DNA of 64,000 nt from contig CAWGZR010000003.1 in the NCBI GenBank assembly GCA_963827165.1, positions 160,001-224,000 of the forward strand. Reading direction: 5' to 3'. Below, in pieces: positions 1-9,517 of this stretch. Positions within the stretch are counted from its first letter, which is position 1. Each line of letters opens with the position of its first letter. The DNA comes from Candidatus Bathyarchaeota archaeon. GTDB taxonomy: Archaea; Thermoproteota; Bathyarchaeia; Bathyarchaeales; Bathycorpusculaceae. Under the pieces are notes generated by a model. That model ran no database searches and had not been told where the DNA came from. It saw nothing but the letters and a program-made list of their open reading frames with translations. A program made the position numbers and the translations under genes.

Positions 1-505
1 CAAACGCTGAAACAAGCACAGTTCGCTGCTTTTCTGTCAAGTAGGTGAGAGGCGATTCGGGTGAAAACTTGGCGTCAATGAGTGAAACCACTTTGTAACG
101 AATGCCCGTTTTGTCTATGTTTTCTAGGAGATTTTTTACCTGCTTCTCGTCGCCAAGAAAGACAATTTTGAGTTTGCCCTCTCTTAATCCAAATGGCGGG
201 GATAGGTAAACGTCAAATGGCATGATGCCCTGCTCTTCGGTGTGCCTTCGCATTTTATCATTGATGAAATAAGTGAATACTCCGTTCTTATCTTGTTCAA
301 GAAGTTGTATTTTTGCCCCCTTGAGAAATAAGTCCTCGACTTTAACTGAGGGATCTTTGAATTCTACCTTGACTATGTAAGCGAACTCTTCATGGTCGAA
401 CCTGAGCATATACAGTACCTCGAAGGATTTTATCTTTTGAAGAGGCATGTCTTTTTCGATTTTGCTTAATTCTTCCTCTAAAATCTCCAAAACTAATCTG
501 CGCAT
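1..505 (-). CDS. Bacterio-opsin-activator-type (HTH_10) transcriptional regulator, 3' end outside window
   Basis: Manual translation from ATG at 505: MRRLVLEILEEEL...KIKSFEVLYMLRFD...DAKFSPESPLTYLTEKQRTVL. Clear paralogue of 1307-2172. Confidence 0.85.
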   Translation of the reverse strand, partial: MRRLVLEILEEELSKIEKDMPLQKIKSFEVLYMLRFDHEEFAYIVKVEFKDPSVKVEDLFLKGAKIQLLEQDKNGVFTYFINDKMRRHTEEQGIMPFDVYLSPPFGLREGKLKIVFLGDEKQVKNLLENIDKTGIRYKVVSLIDAKFSPESPLTYLTEKQRTVLVSAF

Positions 506-713
506 AAAAATGAGCCTGTTAAACATCAATAATAATTTTTTCCTAAAAAACTAAAGCCTATCCTGTGTGGTACAAAGTTAATCCGTGTCGGGAACATTTG
601 ATGTAGAAAACGGGAAGAGGAAAACACGATCAACAAAAGTCAAAATCACATTGGAAAAGCCAATGAACTTTACAGTATATCTCTAACAGTGAAGTTGGTG
701 GGTTAAGTACAGC

Positions 714-1193
714 ATGAAGTCTCTGATAGTTTGTTATTCTTTTCATCACAATAATACTCAGAAAGTAGCTCAATCTATGGCAAAAATTCTCGATGCACCA
801 GTCAATACTCCACAACAAACTAACCCAGTGGAGCTTCAACTGTTTGACTTAGTGGGGTTTGGGTCAGGAATATTTGGAGAAAAACACCACGAAATTCTGC
901 TTGAATTTGCCGATAAACTCCCACAAGTCACCAACAAGAAAGCATTCATTTTCTCAACGAGTTTCGTTGGTGTTGATTCACTGTTCTTTGGGAAAGTTAC
1001 AGGTAAATTTCACACAGCACTTAGAGAGAAACTGCAATCTAAAGGCTACACAGTTGTTGGGGAGTTTAATTGCAAGGGCTTTAACACTAATCGTATCTAT
1101 GGTCGGTTTGGTGGAATGAATAAAGGCAGACCTAACGCCGAAGACCTCAAACATGCAGAAGAGTTTGCCTTGAAAATTACGCAATCCACATAA
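714..1193 (+). CDS. Flavodoxin family protein
   Basis: N-terminal YSFHHNNT FMN loop, VGFGSGIF, C-terminal GRPNAEDL. Confidence 0.85.
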   Translation: MKSLIVCYSFHHNNTQKVAQSMAKILDAPVNTPQQTNPVELQLFDLVGFGSGIFGEKHHEILLEFADKLPQVTNKKAFIFSTSFVGVDSLFFGKVTGKFHTALREKLQSKGYTVVGEFNCKGFNTNRIYGRFGGMNKGRPNAEDLKHAEEFALKITQST

Positions 1194-1306
1194 TTTGTCG
1201 ACCAGCATCTTCCTACGTCTCAAATCTCTTTAAAAACTCATACGTCGACAAGAGCTTGACTCTCTTATTCCTTACATATAGCTATCAAAAGTAGTGAAGG
1301 CTGTTC

Positions 1307-2172
1307 TTACTCGTTTAACATTTCAGCGAGTAGTCGCCTCTCCGCTCGCCTCAAGTGAACAGCTAACGTGGAACTTGAAAGGCCAAGCTTTTGTGCAAGT
1401 TCGTCTGCGCTTATTTTTCGGGGCGTATCAAAGTAGCCGAGCCTAAACGCTAAGGAAATGGCTTCTTGCTGTTTTTCGGTCAAGCGACTAATCGGCGAAT
1501 TAGGCGAGAATTTAGCATCCGTTAACGATAGCACCTTATAGTTAACCCCTCGGTTTTCAAGCAACGCCTTGACCTGCTCGCTATCCCCGACAAGGGTAAC
1601 CCTAACTTTTCCATCCTTGACACCAAAAGGCAACATAGGGTACATCCCTCTTCTGCTCGCTGTTCCTGAACCTGACTGAAGCGTTTTTCCCTTGATAAAA
1701 TAGATGCAAGCGCCTCTATCCTGTTCTAAAAGCTGACATTCGAAGTTGAGGTTTTGAAGGAGTGATTTTAAAAGTTCTTCAACCTTCAAAGAGTTATCCT
1801 CGGGCTCTAATCTGAATATTGCTGCCGTTTCAGAGGAATCAAATCTTAAAATGTGAAGCACCTCAAATGATTTGATTTTTTTAATTGTCTCAAGCCTGTC
1901 TAATTCAGTAAATTCAGCTTTTTTGATTAGTTTTGAATCGTCCTGTTCTCCGGACTTTTTCGAGTTTCTAGATTTCTCTATCCTTAATTTGTTTGATTGC
2001 TTCGTTGATTGACATCTCACATAACTTCAAGCCTGTCTAATTCAGTAAATTCAGCTTTTTTGATTAGTTTTGAATCGTCCTGTTCTCCGGACTTTTTGAG
2101 TTTCTCGATTTCTCTATCCTTAATTTGTTTGATTGCTCCGTTGATTGACCACTCTACAACTAGCCTGCGCAT
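1307..2172 (-). CDS. HTH_10 transcriptional regulator with 5' end disrupted by a tandem duplication
   Basis: C-terminal LTEKQ..AFRLGYFDTPRKISADELA..LRRAE HTH_10 motif. The true N-terminus MRRLVVE starts at 2172 and matches the paralogue's MRRLVLE. Confidence 0.8.
1890..2161. repeat. ~137-bp imperfect tandem duplication (1890-2026 / 2027-2161)
   Basis: tcaagcctgtctaattcagtaaattcagc...gttgattgac occurs twice, offset by 137 bp, with a few indels and substitutions. Confidence 0.95.
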
Positions 2173-2282
2173 GTGATTACATTACAACTAATCAATAAAT
2201 AAATGTTGTAACGAATATGCTCGCTACAAGCTTAATCCGAAACCGCAACCATGTATCAGGAAATTACATGAAGTGAAAAATA

Positions 2283-3284
2283 ATGGAACCATTGGATATT
2301 ATTTCGGTCGAAAACCTCGTAGAGATCTATGCTGACGGCACAAGAGCACTTGAAGGGATCTCTTTTAATGTGAAAGAGGGCGAGTTTTTCGGGTTTCTGG
2401 GGCCGAATGGCGCAGGAAAAAGCACCACAATCAAAATCCTCACCACGCTCCTCAAAAAGACTTCAGGGCACGTGCAAGTAGCTGGTTACGATTTAGAAAA
2501 ATCGCCAAAAGAAATCCGAAAAGTCATCGGAGTCCTCACACAAGAAACCATAATAGACGTTGATCTAACAGGCAAAGAAAACCTCCGTCTTCAAGGTCGT
2601 CTCCAACAAATGCATGGTAGCGCCTTAGAGAAACAAGTGGATAAGTTGCTGAAAACTGTGCAGCTTGAGGAATTCGCAAACAAACCTGCTGGTCGATATT
2701 CAGGCGGCATGAAAAAAAGGCTTGACCTCGCCTCTGCTCTAATCCATAAGCCTAAATTACTTTTCCTTGATGAGCCGACGACTGGGCTTGATCCTCAAGC
2801 TCGTGCGTCAATATGGGATTACCTGGACGAGCTAAACAGAGAAGAAGGCATTACGATATTTTTGACGACTCAGTACTTGGAGGAGGCAGACAAACTCTGC
2901 CGGCGGCTCTCAATAATTGATCACGGGAAGATTGTTGCTGGTGGTTCGCCAGCAGAACTCAAGCAAGCAATCGGACATGACACCATAACTCTTTCACTAA
3001 AGAACCCAAAAGATTCCTTGTTGAGATCCGAAACAAAAAGGATTTTGCAAGAAATTCCGGGAGTAGTGGATGTTACTGATTCAGACGGCGGCATTGCTGC
3101 TCATGCTAAGAACGCAGACGAAATAATAGCTGACGTAGTTACAGCGTTGGACCGCAACAACATTCGCCCGACTTCTTTGAACATGTCCTCTCCAACACTT
3201 GATGATGTTTTCCTGCACCATACGGGCCGAAGAATAAGACCCGAAGAACTCGGCAGAAAAGTCACCGAACAAATATTAATGTGA
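2283..3284 (+). CDS. ABC-2 exporter ATP-binding subunit (DrrA-like)
   Basis: Walker A GPNGAGKST, signature YSGGMKKR, Walker B LLFLDEPT. Confidence 0.95.
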   Translation: MEPLDIISVENLVEIYADGTRALEGISFNVKEGEFFGFLGPNGAGKSTTIKILTTLLKKTSGHVQVAGYDLEKSPKEIRKVIGVLTQETIIDVDLTGKENLRLQGRLQQMHGSALEKQVDKLLKTVQLEEFANKPAGRYSGGMKKRLDLASALIHKPKLLFLDEPTTGLDPQARASIWDYLDELNREEGITIFLTTQYLEEADKLCRRLSIIDHGKIVAGGSPAELKQAIGHDTITLSLKNPKDSLLRSETKRILQEIPGVVDVTDSDGGIAAHAKNADEIIADVVTALDRNNIRPTSLNMSSPTLDDVFLHHTGRRIRPEELGRKVTEQILM

Positions 3285-3296
3285 GGTAAACTGAAA

Positions 3297-4058
3297 ATGA
3301 CTCTATTTTATGACATTCAATCCTTGTTCCAAAGAGCTTTAACAAAACTTCGGAGAAACCCTACTTTACTGTTTGTCCACCTCTTCACGCCATTACTGTT
3401 TCTGATCCTTTTCTCGCAGTTACTTCAAAAACTCGGCATTTTTCTAGGGCCCACTGGGAGTTACCTTGCTTACCTTACGCCTGGGATATTGGTATTGAAT
3501 TTAGTAATTGGTATGCCCTCGGGCCAGTCGATTGTGAGTGATCTTAACTCGGGGTTTCTTCAGAAAGTGCTTTTAACTCCCGCTAGCAGATCGGCCATTT
3601 TGCTTGGTCGCTTGATAAGCGACATACTCGTGCTCATGGCACAATCAGCCATAATAATAGGAGTCGCAGTGCTGCTGGGTCTTAGAATCGCGACCGGAGT
3701 CGGTGGACTTTTACTCATTTTCGTGACTTTTGCCTTCTTCGGACTTGCTTGGTTTGGGCTTTCACTTGCCTTAGGCTTGAAGACAAAGAACGCAGAAACT
3801 CTATCAGCAATGTCCAATATTATAGCCTTACCACTTTTGTTCATTAGCAGTGGTCTCTTTCCCACATCAATCATGCCTCTTTGGGCACGAACCATTTCTG
3901 ACTACAACCCATTAAGTTACGTCGCAAACGTAACAAGGAGCTTAGTCGAGGGAGGGTTGACGTGGAGTACATTTGCCTCTGCTTACGCTGTAATCGGACT
4001 GATTGCAATTGTGACTTTCAGCGCCACCTTGTACCTATTCAGGAAGGTGGTCAGCTAA
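3297..4058 (+). CDS. ABC-2 exporter permease (DrrB-like)
   Basis: Six hydrophobic segments, NPLSY motif, co-oriented with the ATPase. Confidence 0.9.
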   Translation: MTLFYDIQSLFQRALTKLRRNPTLLFVHLFTPLLFLILFSQLLQKLGIFLGPTGSYLAYLTPGILVLNLVIGMPSGQSIVSDLNSGFLQKVLLTPASRSAILLGRLISDILVLMAQSAIIIGVAVLLGLRIATGVGGLLLIFVTFAFFGLAWFGLSLALGLKTKNAETLSAMSNIIALPLLFISSGLFPTSIMPLWARTISDYNPLSYVANVTRSLVEGGLTWSTFASAYAVIGLIAIVTFSATLYLFRKVVS

Positions 4059-4216
4059 TAGGACTGAAAAATGACAACAGAAAACCTATTTCTATTTTAC
4101 CGCCGAAGCTGAATTGAGTTTTCGCAAATGCGATGAGGCTTTAGCGGTTGAATGCCCTATATATAGATGCTTTATATACCCCTGTGTATTTAAATACTCA
4201 AGCGTGTGAATTCACC

Positions 4217-4783
4217 ATGAGCAAACGAAAACCAATTATAAACATTCAAAATATCGTTGCTTCTGTTTCACTTAATCAGAAAATAGACTTGCAGAAAATC
4301 GTTGAAAAGTTTCCACAGACGGAGTACAACCCGAGCGTTTTCCCAGGCTTAGTTTTCCGACTGAAAAAACCTAAAACTGCAACTTTGATTTTCGGCACAG
4401 GCAAAATGGTTTGCACAGGCGCCAAATCTGAGAAAGAATCACGCAGCGCTGTAGAAAAAGTTGTGAAGGAACTTCGCGGCGAAGGCATCCAAATCACAGA
4501 GAAACCAATCGTTAACATCCAAAACATTGTTGCTTCCGCAGAATTGGGCGGCGAAATTGACCTCGAAAGCCTTGTCTATAAGTTAAGCCGCGTAATGTAT
4601 GAGCCCGAGCAGTTTCCAGGAGCGGTGTTCCGCATGGACGAACCCAAAGTTGTGTTCCTGATATTCTCAGCCGGCAAATTGGTCTGCGTGGGAGCCAAAA
4701 AAGAAGAGCAGGTTTACGAAGCGGTCGACAAAATCCAAGCGCTCCTCGAAGAAAAAGAACTCATCTACTACCCAACCGCCTAA
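4217..4783 (+). CDS. tbp: TATA-box binding protein
   Basis: Two direct repeats INIQNIVAS...YNPSVFPGLVFR / YEPEQFPGAVFR...GK(M/L)VC(T/V)GAK. ATG at 4217 preferred. Confidence 0.97.
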   Translation: MSKRKPIINIQNIVASVSLNQKIDLQKIVEKFPQTEYNPSVFPGLVFRLKKPKTATLIFGTGKMVCTGAKSEKESRSAVEKVVKELRGEGIQITEKPIVNIQNIVASAELGGEIDLESLVYKLSRVMYEPEQFPGAVFRMDEPKVVFLIFSAGKLVCVGAKKEEQVYEAVDKIQALLEEKELIYYPTA

Positions 4784-5118
4784 AATCGTCCTTTAATTTT
4801 TTTCTTTCCCTTGGCTGGCAGCTAAATCGATAATTGTTGCCATGACGCAAGGGTGAATAACTGGTTTTTTCGAAGAAATTTGTTTTTTTCGTGTTGAAAA
4901 CAGTTGATTTCATAATTGATTAATGAGGTATCGGTTGATTGGGCAAAACATTGCTAAGGTTCAGGGGAACCCATTTAGAAAAAACATTAAACTGGAAACA
5001 AAGCTTTCTTTAGACTTCTGATTGCTTATCCGCTTGCTGGCTGTTCCACCAGCGGAACAGTTTGTTCCATACGGAGAGCTAAATATCGCATCAACTTATG
5101 GCTTCTCGATGAACGGCG

Positions 5119-6000
5119 ATGGTTAACAAAACAAAAATCACATGTTTAGCTACTGTAAGCTTGATTGTTTTAGCTTTGGGGTCATTTCTCATTGTCCAAG
5201 GCGGCTTGTCATCTGCCCAGTCTTCAGAGCAGAATCAGGCATATTCTTGCTTAACGAAGGTTTTGAACATAGACCTAAGCCACTACCAAGTTCAAGCGGA
5301 ACCCATCTTGACGCTTCCTTCGGAACCAAACGACAATTCTGTGACCGAGCAAGTCAGCTACAACCTGACGTCAACCGACAGCAACCTCCTAGTCGTCTTC
5401 CTCTACAAAGACAGCGCCCTATACCAACTCGCTCTTACCACCCTGTCAGGTTCAGTCGTTACTGCACGCAACTACACAAACCTAAATGATGCAGCCGTAG
5501 ATTTCCTGTCAAGGTACGAAACGGTAAGCGCAGTGGATTTGGCACCGCTTATACGACTTGTTGCGACACTCAACAGCACCGAGGGTACGGCGCACGCAGG
5601 AAACCTGACGTTTTCCGCCAGCAGCGGTCCCCTCTTACCCGGCCACACTGTGGCAAGCTACCGTTGGTTTTACTCATCCGACAACGCCACTGTTAGCCTC
5701 GACTTCGACAACGGAGTTTTTCACGGCTTCGAGTACTTCGGCTTCACCTCTCAGGACAGCAAAGCAGCCATGAATGCACTGCCCTCGCCGACGCAGACCA
5801 TGTCGACAGCCGTGCCACCCAATTCAGCAGTTGAATCCCAGCCTTCAGCAATGCCGCCTCAGAACCAAGAGAATCAGTCAGAGAAAACCCTATTCTACAT
5901 CATTGCCCTTCTTAGCCGCCGTTATAGTTGCGGCAAGCATAGTAGCAGTTTATCAGCTGAGAAGCACCCGCAAAACAAAGGCAACCGGCTAAATTACTGA
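5119..6000 (+). CDS. Secreted/membrane-anchored hypothetical protein, frameshifted before the C-terminal anchor
   Basis: Signal-like N-terminus and Pro/Ser/Thr linker. The TM plus basic tail (LAAVIVAASIVAVYQLRSTRK) lies in another frame after ~5905. Confidence 0.65.
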   Translation: MVNKTKITCLATVSLIVLALGSFLIVQGGLSSAQSSEQNQAYSCLTKVLNIDLSHYQVQAEPILTLPSEPNDNSVTEQVSYNLTSTDSNLLVVFLYKDSALYQLALTTLSGSVVTARNYTNLNDAAVDFLSRYETVSAVDLAPLIRLVATLNSTEGTAHAGNLTFSASSGPLLPGHTVASYRWFYSSDNATVSLDFDNGVFHGFEYFGFTSQDSKAAMNALPSPTQTMSTAVPPNSAVESQPSAMPPQNQENQSEKTLFYIIALLSRRYSCGKHSSSLSAEKHPQNKGNRLNY

Positions 6001-6701
6001 GAATTAATTCTGCGGCGAACAGCCGGGTTTTGCTCAGACAGTTTTTTCAGAGCCAGCTCAAACGTTTCGTCGGGAGCTAATTCTCTTTTAACAAAAACCC
6101 CTGTCCGCCCAACCGTATCTCGCTTAATTAATGTGTGCACGCGGTCCAGCACAGTCTCAGCTGAGACGCCCAGAATTTTGGCGGCAACCTGTTCCCTGCC
6201 GATAACACTGCTTTCCACATGACCCGTCTCCGTCGGTTCAATAAGCATAAGCCGCTTATCCACACCTGGAAACCGTGCATCCGCTTTGAGCTGGGATAGG
6301 TTTGCTTCTCCTCCGAAGCGGTAAAACTCGCGTTCAACTCTGCGCATCTCCATCAAGGGGAACGAAACCGAGATTCGTTCGCTGACTTCGATATGAGCTT
6401 TCATGGCGTAAGTTGGGGTAGCTTGAACGATTAACCTGTTGTTGATGGGCACAGAGGCTTTTTCCATTGCGGTTTCAACGAGGAAGCTGTTCTGCACTTC
6501 GCTGATGAAAATGTCAACGTCGCTTCCCTTCTTGACATCGCCTCTTGCGATGCTTCCATGAGTAATCGATGACAAGTGAAACGCTTCTAAAGCTGTCATA
6601 ACCTTGACTGCTTCGCCTCTGAGTTCCTCAAGTAGAGCCCACCGTGCAGTGGTGTACGTTACTTCATTGTAGTCTGCAGGTTTAGTGGGCTTAACAGCCA
6701 T
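5994..6701 (-). CDS. Archaeal Pol-beta-superfamily nucleotidyltransferase domain protein
   Basis: HGSIARGD...SDVDI motif, conserved GVDKRL and GRTGVF. Confidence 0.85.
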   Translation of the reverse strand: MAVKPTKPADYNEVTYTTARWALLEELRGEAVKVMTALEAFHLSSITHGSIARGDVKKGSDVDIFISEVQNSFLVETAMEKASVPINNRLIVQATPTYAMKAHIEVSERISVSFPLMEMRRVEREFYRFGGEANLSQLKADARFPGVDKRLMLIEPTETGHVESSVIGREQVAAKILGVSAETVLDRVHTLIKRDTVGRTGVFVKRELAPDETFELALKKLSEQNPAVRRRINSQ

Positions 6702-6780
6702 GTTCTCGAGCCTTTCTAGTCTTTAAGACTGCACTCTTTATTTACCTTAACAGTCAATCAACATTTGATTGAGCTAAACC

Positions 6781-7731
6781 TTGGGAAAATCGTTGTCTGG
6801 TCCTTTGTGCAGTGCATGCAAAACTCGAGAAGCCTTCTTTCACAGGCAATACTCAGGGGAAACACTGTGCAGTAAATGCTTCACAGAATCCATCGAAGAT
6901 AAAGTACGGGCAACCATCACGCGTTACCATATGCTCAGCTTTAACGATCATTTGGCTGTGGCAGTTTCAGGCGGCAAAGACAGCTTGAGCTTGCTCCATA
7001 TCTTGGCGAAGATGAAGCATCACCGCCCCAAAACCATGCTTACCGCCGTGACCGTTGACGAAGGCATCGCAGGATACCGAAACGAAGCTTTAACGGTTGC
7101 AGCTGAAAGTTGCACAGCTCTTAAAATTCCCCATCACATCGTCTCCTTCAAAGATCTCTTCGGATTCACGCTTGACGAAATGATACAAAAAACCCGCGCT
7201 AAAGGCAACACGGAGCTCACAGCCTGCGCGTATTGCGGGGTTCTTCGGCGAAAAGCGATCAACATCGGCGCAAGACAAGTCAATGCAAACAAGGTTGCAA
7301 CAGCCCACACTCTTGACGACGAAGATCAAACCGTGTTGATGAACATTTTCCGCGGCGACATCTCGCGTCTCGCAAAAGAGAAACCCGTCACAAGCCAAGT
7401 GCATCCCCTATTGGTTCAGAGAATCAAGCCTTTCTGCGAGATTCCGGAGAACGAAAGCGCCCTTTACGCATACGTGAAAAAAATCAAATTCCAAGATACA
7501 CCATGCCCCTACGCATCTGAAGCATTACGCAACGACATGCGTTGGATGCTGAACCGCATGGAAGCGAAGCATGCAGGAACCAAATTCACATTGCAGCGAG
7601 CTATCGAGAGGTTGAGGCCAGCACTGGAGGAAACCGCGTCTAAAGAAGAATTCAAATTATGTGTTGAATGTGGCGAGCCGTCCTCTGGTAATTTGTGCAT
7701 GGCATGCAGCATGCTGCGTCAGATACGTTAG
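6781..7731 (+). CDS. tRNA 2-thiolation protein (TtuA/NcsA/Ctu1, TIGR00269 family)
   Basis: PP-loop SGGKDS, CxxC motifs (CAYCGVLRR), terminal Zn fingers. Confidence 0.9.
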   Translation: MGKSLSGPLCSACKTREAFFHRQYSGETLCSKCFTESIEDKVRATITRYHMLSFNDHLAVAVSGGKDSLSLLHILAKMKHHRPKTMLTAVTVDEGIAGYRNEALTVAAESCTALKIPHHIVSFKDLFGFTLDEMIQKTRAKGNTELTACAYCGVLRRKAINIGARQVNANKVATAHTLDDEDQTVLMNIFRGDISRLAKEKPVTSQVHPLLVQRIKPFCEIPENESALYAYVKKIKFQDTPCPYASEALRNDMRWMLNRMEAKHAGTKFTLQRAIERLRPALEETASKEEFKLCVECGEPSSGNLCMACSMLRQIR

Positions 7732-7934
7732 GGTGTTTTCGAGAATCCTTTTTCGCTTTTGAGCTTTCGAAGTAAGTTCGAAGCTTCGAAGGCGTTCTCT
7801 GCCGAAGCCACTTTTTTTGCTTTGGAGAGGTTTACATGTGCGCCACAGTATGGACAGATTTTGGTTTTCTGCAGTTTCGTGGTCAACATTAAGCCTTGAC
7901 ATTGGGTGCATTTGACGATTTGGGTAGGCTTCAT
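7728..7934 (-). CDS. Small zinc-ribbon protein (DUF1922-like)
   Basis: MKPTQIVKCTQC...KTKICPYCG, two CxxC. ATG at 7934. Confidence 0.7.
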   Translation of the reverse strand: MKPTQIVKCTQCQGLMLTTKLQKTKICPYCGAHVNLSKAKKVASAENAFEASNLLRKLKSEKGFSKTP

Positions 7935-8004
7935 TAATTTGGCATCCGAAAGCCTTTTCCCCACACGGGTTGATAAGGGTATGCAGGGAAAAGGGTGCGA
8001 GAGC

Positions 8005-8367
8005 ATGAGTGAGGATAAAGTAACGGTGAAGCCTAGGGCACACCTCATAGGGTTGGCTGTTAAGTATTTCAAAAAGGAAGGCTACAAAGTTAACAGAGAA
8101 GAAGCCACATTGGAAGGCTACAGCGGAGAAACCCGCCACTTCGATTTAATCGTTCAGAAAGGCCGTCAAGAACAGGGCGTCTGGGTTCGAGATTGGAACC
8201 GAACCGTCGGCGTCAACCTAATCATAGGATTGGACACCGCTTCAGAAGACGTCGGCTTAGGCAGCCCAATCATGATAGCGGACAAATTCAGCGACCACGC
8301 CAAAAGCTACAGCAACCGCCGAAAAATCACGCTGCTCACAAAGCAGAAAATGGGCAGCTTCATGTGA
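8005..8367 (+). CDS. Mrr-like PD-(D/E)XK-fold protein, probably degenerate
   Basis: GYKV...LEGYSGETRHFDLIV...FSDHAKSY..ITLL pattern of restriction-endonuclease-like domains. Confidence 0.6.
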   Translation: MSEDKVTVKPRAHLIGLAVKYFKKEGYKVNREEATLEGYSGETRHFDLIVQKGRQEQGVWVRDWNRTVGVNLIIGLDTASEDVGLGSPIMIADKFSDHAKSYSNRRKITLLTKQKMGSFM

Positions 8368-8393
8368 CGCTCATCGCTTACGGTCTTTGTTTA

Positions 8394-8801
8394 TCATTTT
8401 TCTGGTTGTTCAAGTAGTTCTATGTAGCCAAACACAGGCAGTTCCAAATCTTCCCGTCTATACCCTTTGAATTTAACATGTTTTTCCCGTTTGCCCGGTT
8501 CAACCATAACTGTTTGATGGTCAACGTAGATGAGTTTTTCAAAAGGAACAATTTTTTCAGAAACGGGTTTGTCGGGTAATTCTTCGCCAAGTTTACATCG
8601 TTCCATTGCCCAACTTTTGGCTTCTTCTTCAGTCAATTTAAAACCGCTAATAGTGTCAATTCCTATTTCCTCATTTAGTATCCAGCCTTTTATGGGTCCT
8701 TTAATCTGGTGTACATGCCCTGTTTTGGAGTATTCTTCAAGGTCAATGTCTCTACAGTCATCTATAACTAACAGTAGATAGATTTTATTCATAATTTCCA
8801 C
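8394..8801 (-). CDS. Hypothetical protein
   Basis: 135-aa ORF with normal composition and no recognised motif. Confidence 0.55.
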   Translation of the reverse strand: MEIMNKIYLLLVIDDCRDIDLEEYSKTGHVHQIKGPIKGWILNEEIGIDTISGFKLTEEEAKSWAMERCKLGEELPDKPVSEKIVPFEKLIYVDHQTVMVEPGKREKHVKFKGYRREDLELPVFGYIELLEQPEK

Positions 8802-8825
8802 TCTATCGCGGCATTTCTATATGCT

Positions 8826-9122
8826 TTAGTAGTGGAGTTTTTGCAGTTCCTCAAAGATTTTGGGCAGAATATCGAAGGATACTATTGGCTGTATGTCCAG
8901 TTTGGCAACGTCATAGAAAGGTGCTAACAACTTCCATAGCCCTTCGGCTGAATCTGACTCGATTATGAAGAACCCTTTTCGGTCGTCAATAAGGAGCCCC
9001 GATTCTTTGACTTTCCCCGTTTTCAGTATTTTTTGCACCGTGTCACCTATTCTATTTTGCACACTAGTTATTTCAGACAACGAAATTGATTCTCTTACAG
9101 TAAATGTTACAAGAAATTGCAT
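8826..9122 (-). CDS. DUF3303/muconolactone-isomerase-like small protein
   Basis: MQFLV...GKVKESG...KGFFIIESDSAEGL...IQPIV pattern. Confidence 0.65.
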   Translation of the reverse strand: MQFLVTFTVRESISLSEITSVQNRIGDTVQKILKTGKVKESGLLIDDRKGFFIIESDSAEGLWKLLAPFYDVAKLDIQPIVSFDILPKIFEELQKLHY

Positions 9123-9360
9123 GATGCTTACCTGTGTCCCTTAAACTAACTCAATCTAATAACGATATGTGACTGCAATAAGCTACAACGGTTTTTTACT
9201 AATTGACCTTTTTGCTTTTTTTTTTGATTCTTTCGAGTTTTGACTGATTCCGTTCGCCTCGTTTCACGTTTTCGGCAGGGGAAATTTTTTTGTTTGCATT
9301 TTGGATTGCTTTCTTGCGGGGAAGCTTGAATCATTGGCAGGTCGAGTCATAATAATACAA

Positions 9361-9440
9361 TAAAAGACACAAAAAGACAGCGTTATTCTCTCTTATACAC
9401 TTTCAGACAATCTGAGACACTCTCAGACAATATTTTACAA
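9361..9440. repeat. 10-bp-period degenerate array (AGACA core)
   Basis: taaaagacac|aaaaagacag|cgttattctc|tcttatacac|tttcagacaa|tctgagacac|tctcagacaa|tattttacaa. Confidence 0.6.
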
Positions 9441-9517
9441 TCCTAAAATTAATGGAAGGATCAACGCGCCGAACACAAAGCATAACTTAGGCGACAGCCC
9501 GACGGAAAAATGCAGAC

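Noticed and set aside
4161-4182. gatgctttatataccc upstream of tbp as a seventh motif copy
   Set aside because: It needs an indel, lacks the 5' half, and is explained by a TATA box (TTTATATA).
4990-5080. ctgttcc-accagc-ggaacag palindrome and nearby ggaaac as ORB elements
   Set aside because: Poor match to the ORB consensus, no G-string, no cdc6 nearby. It could be an ordinary operator.
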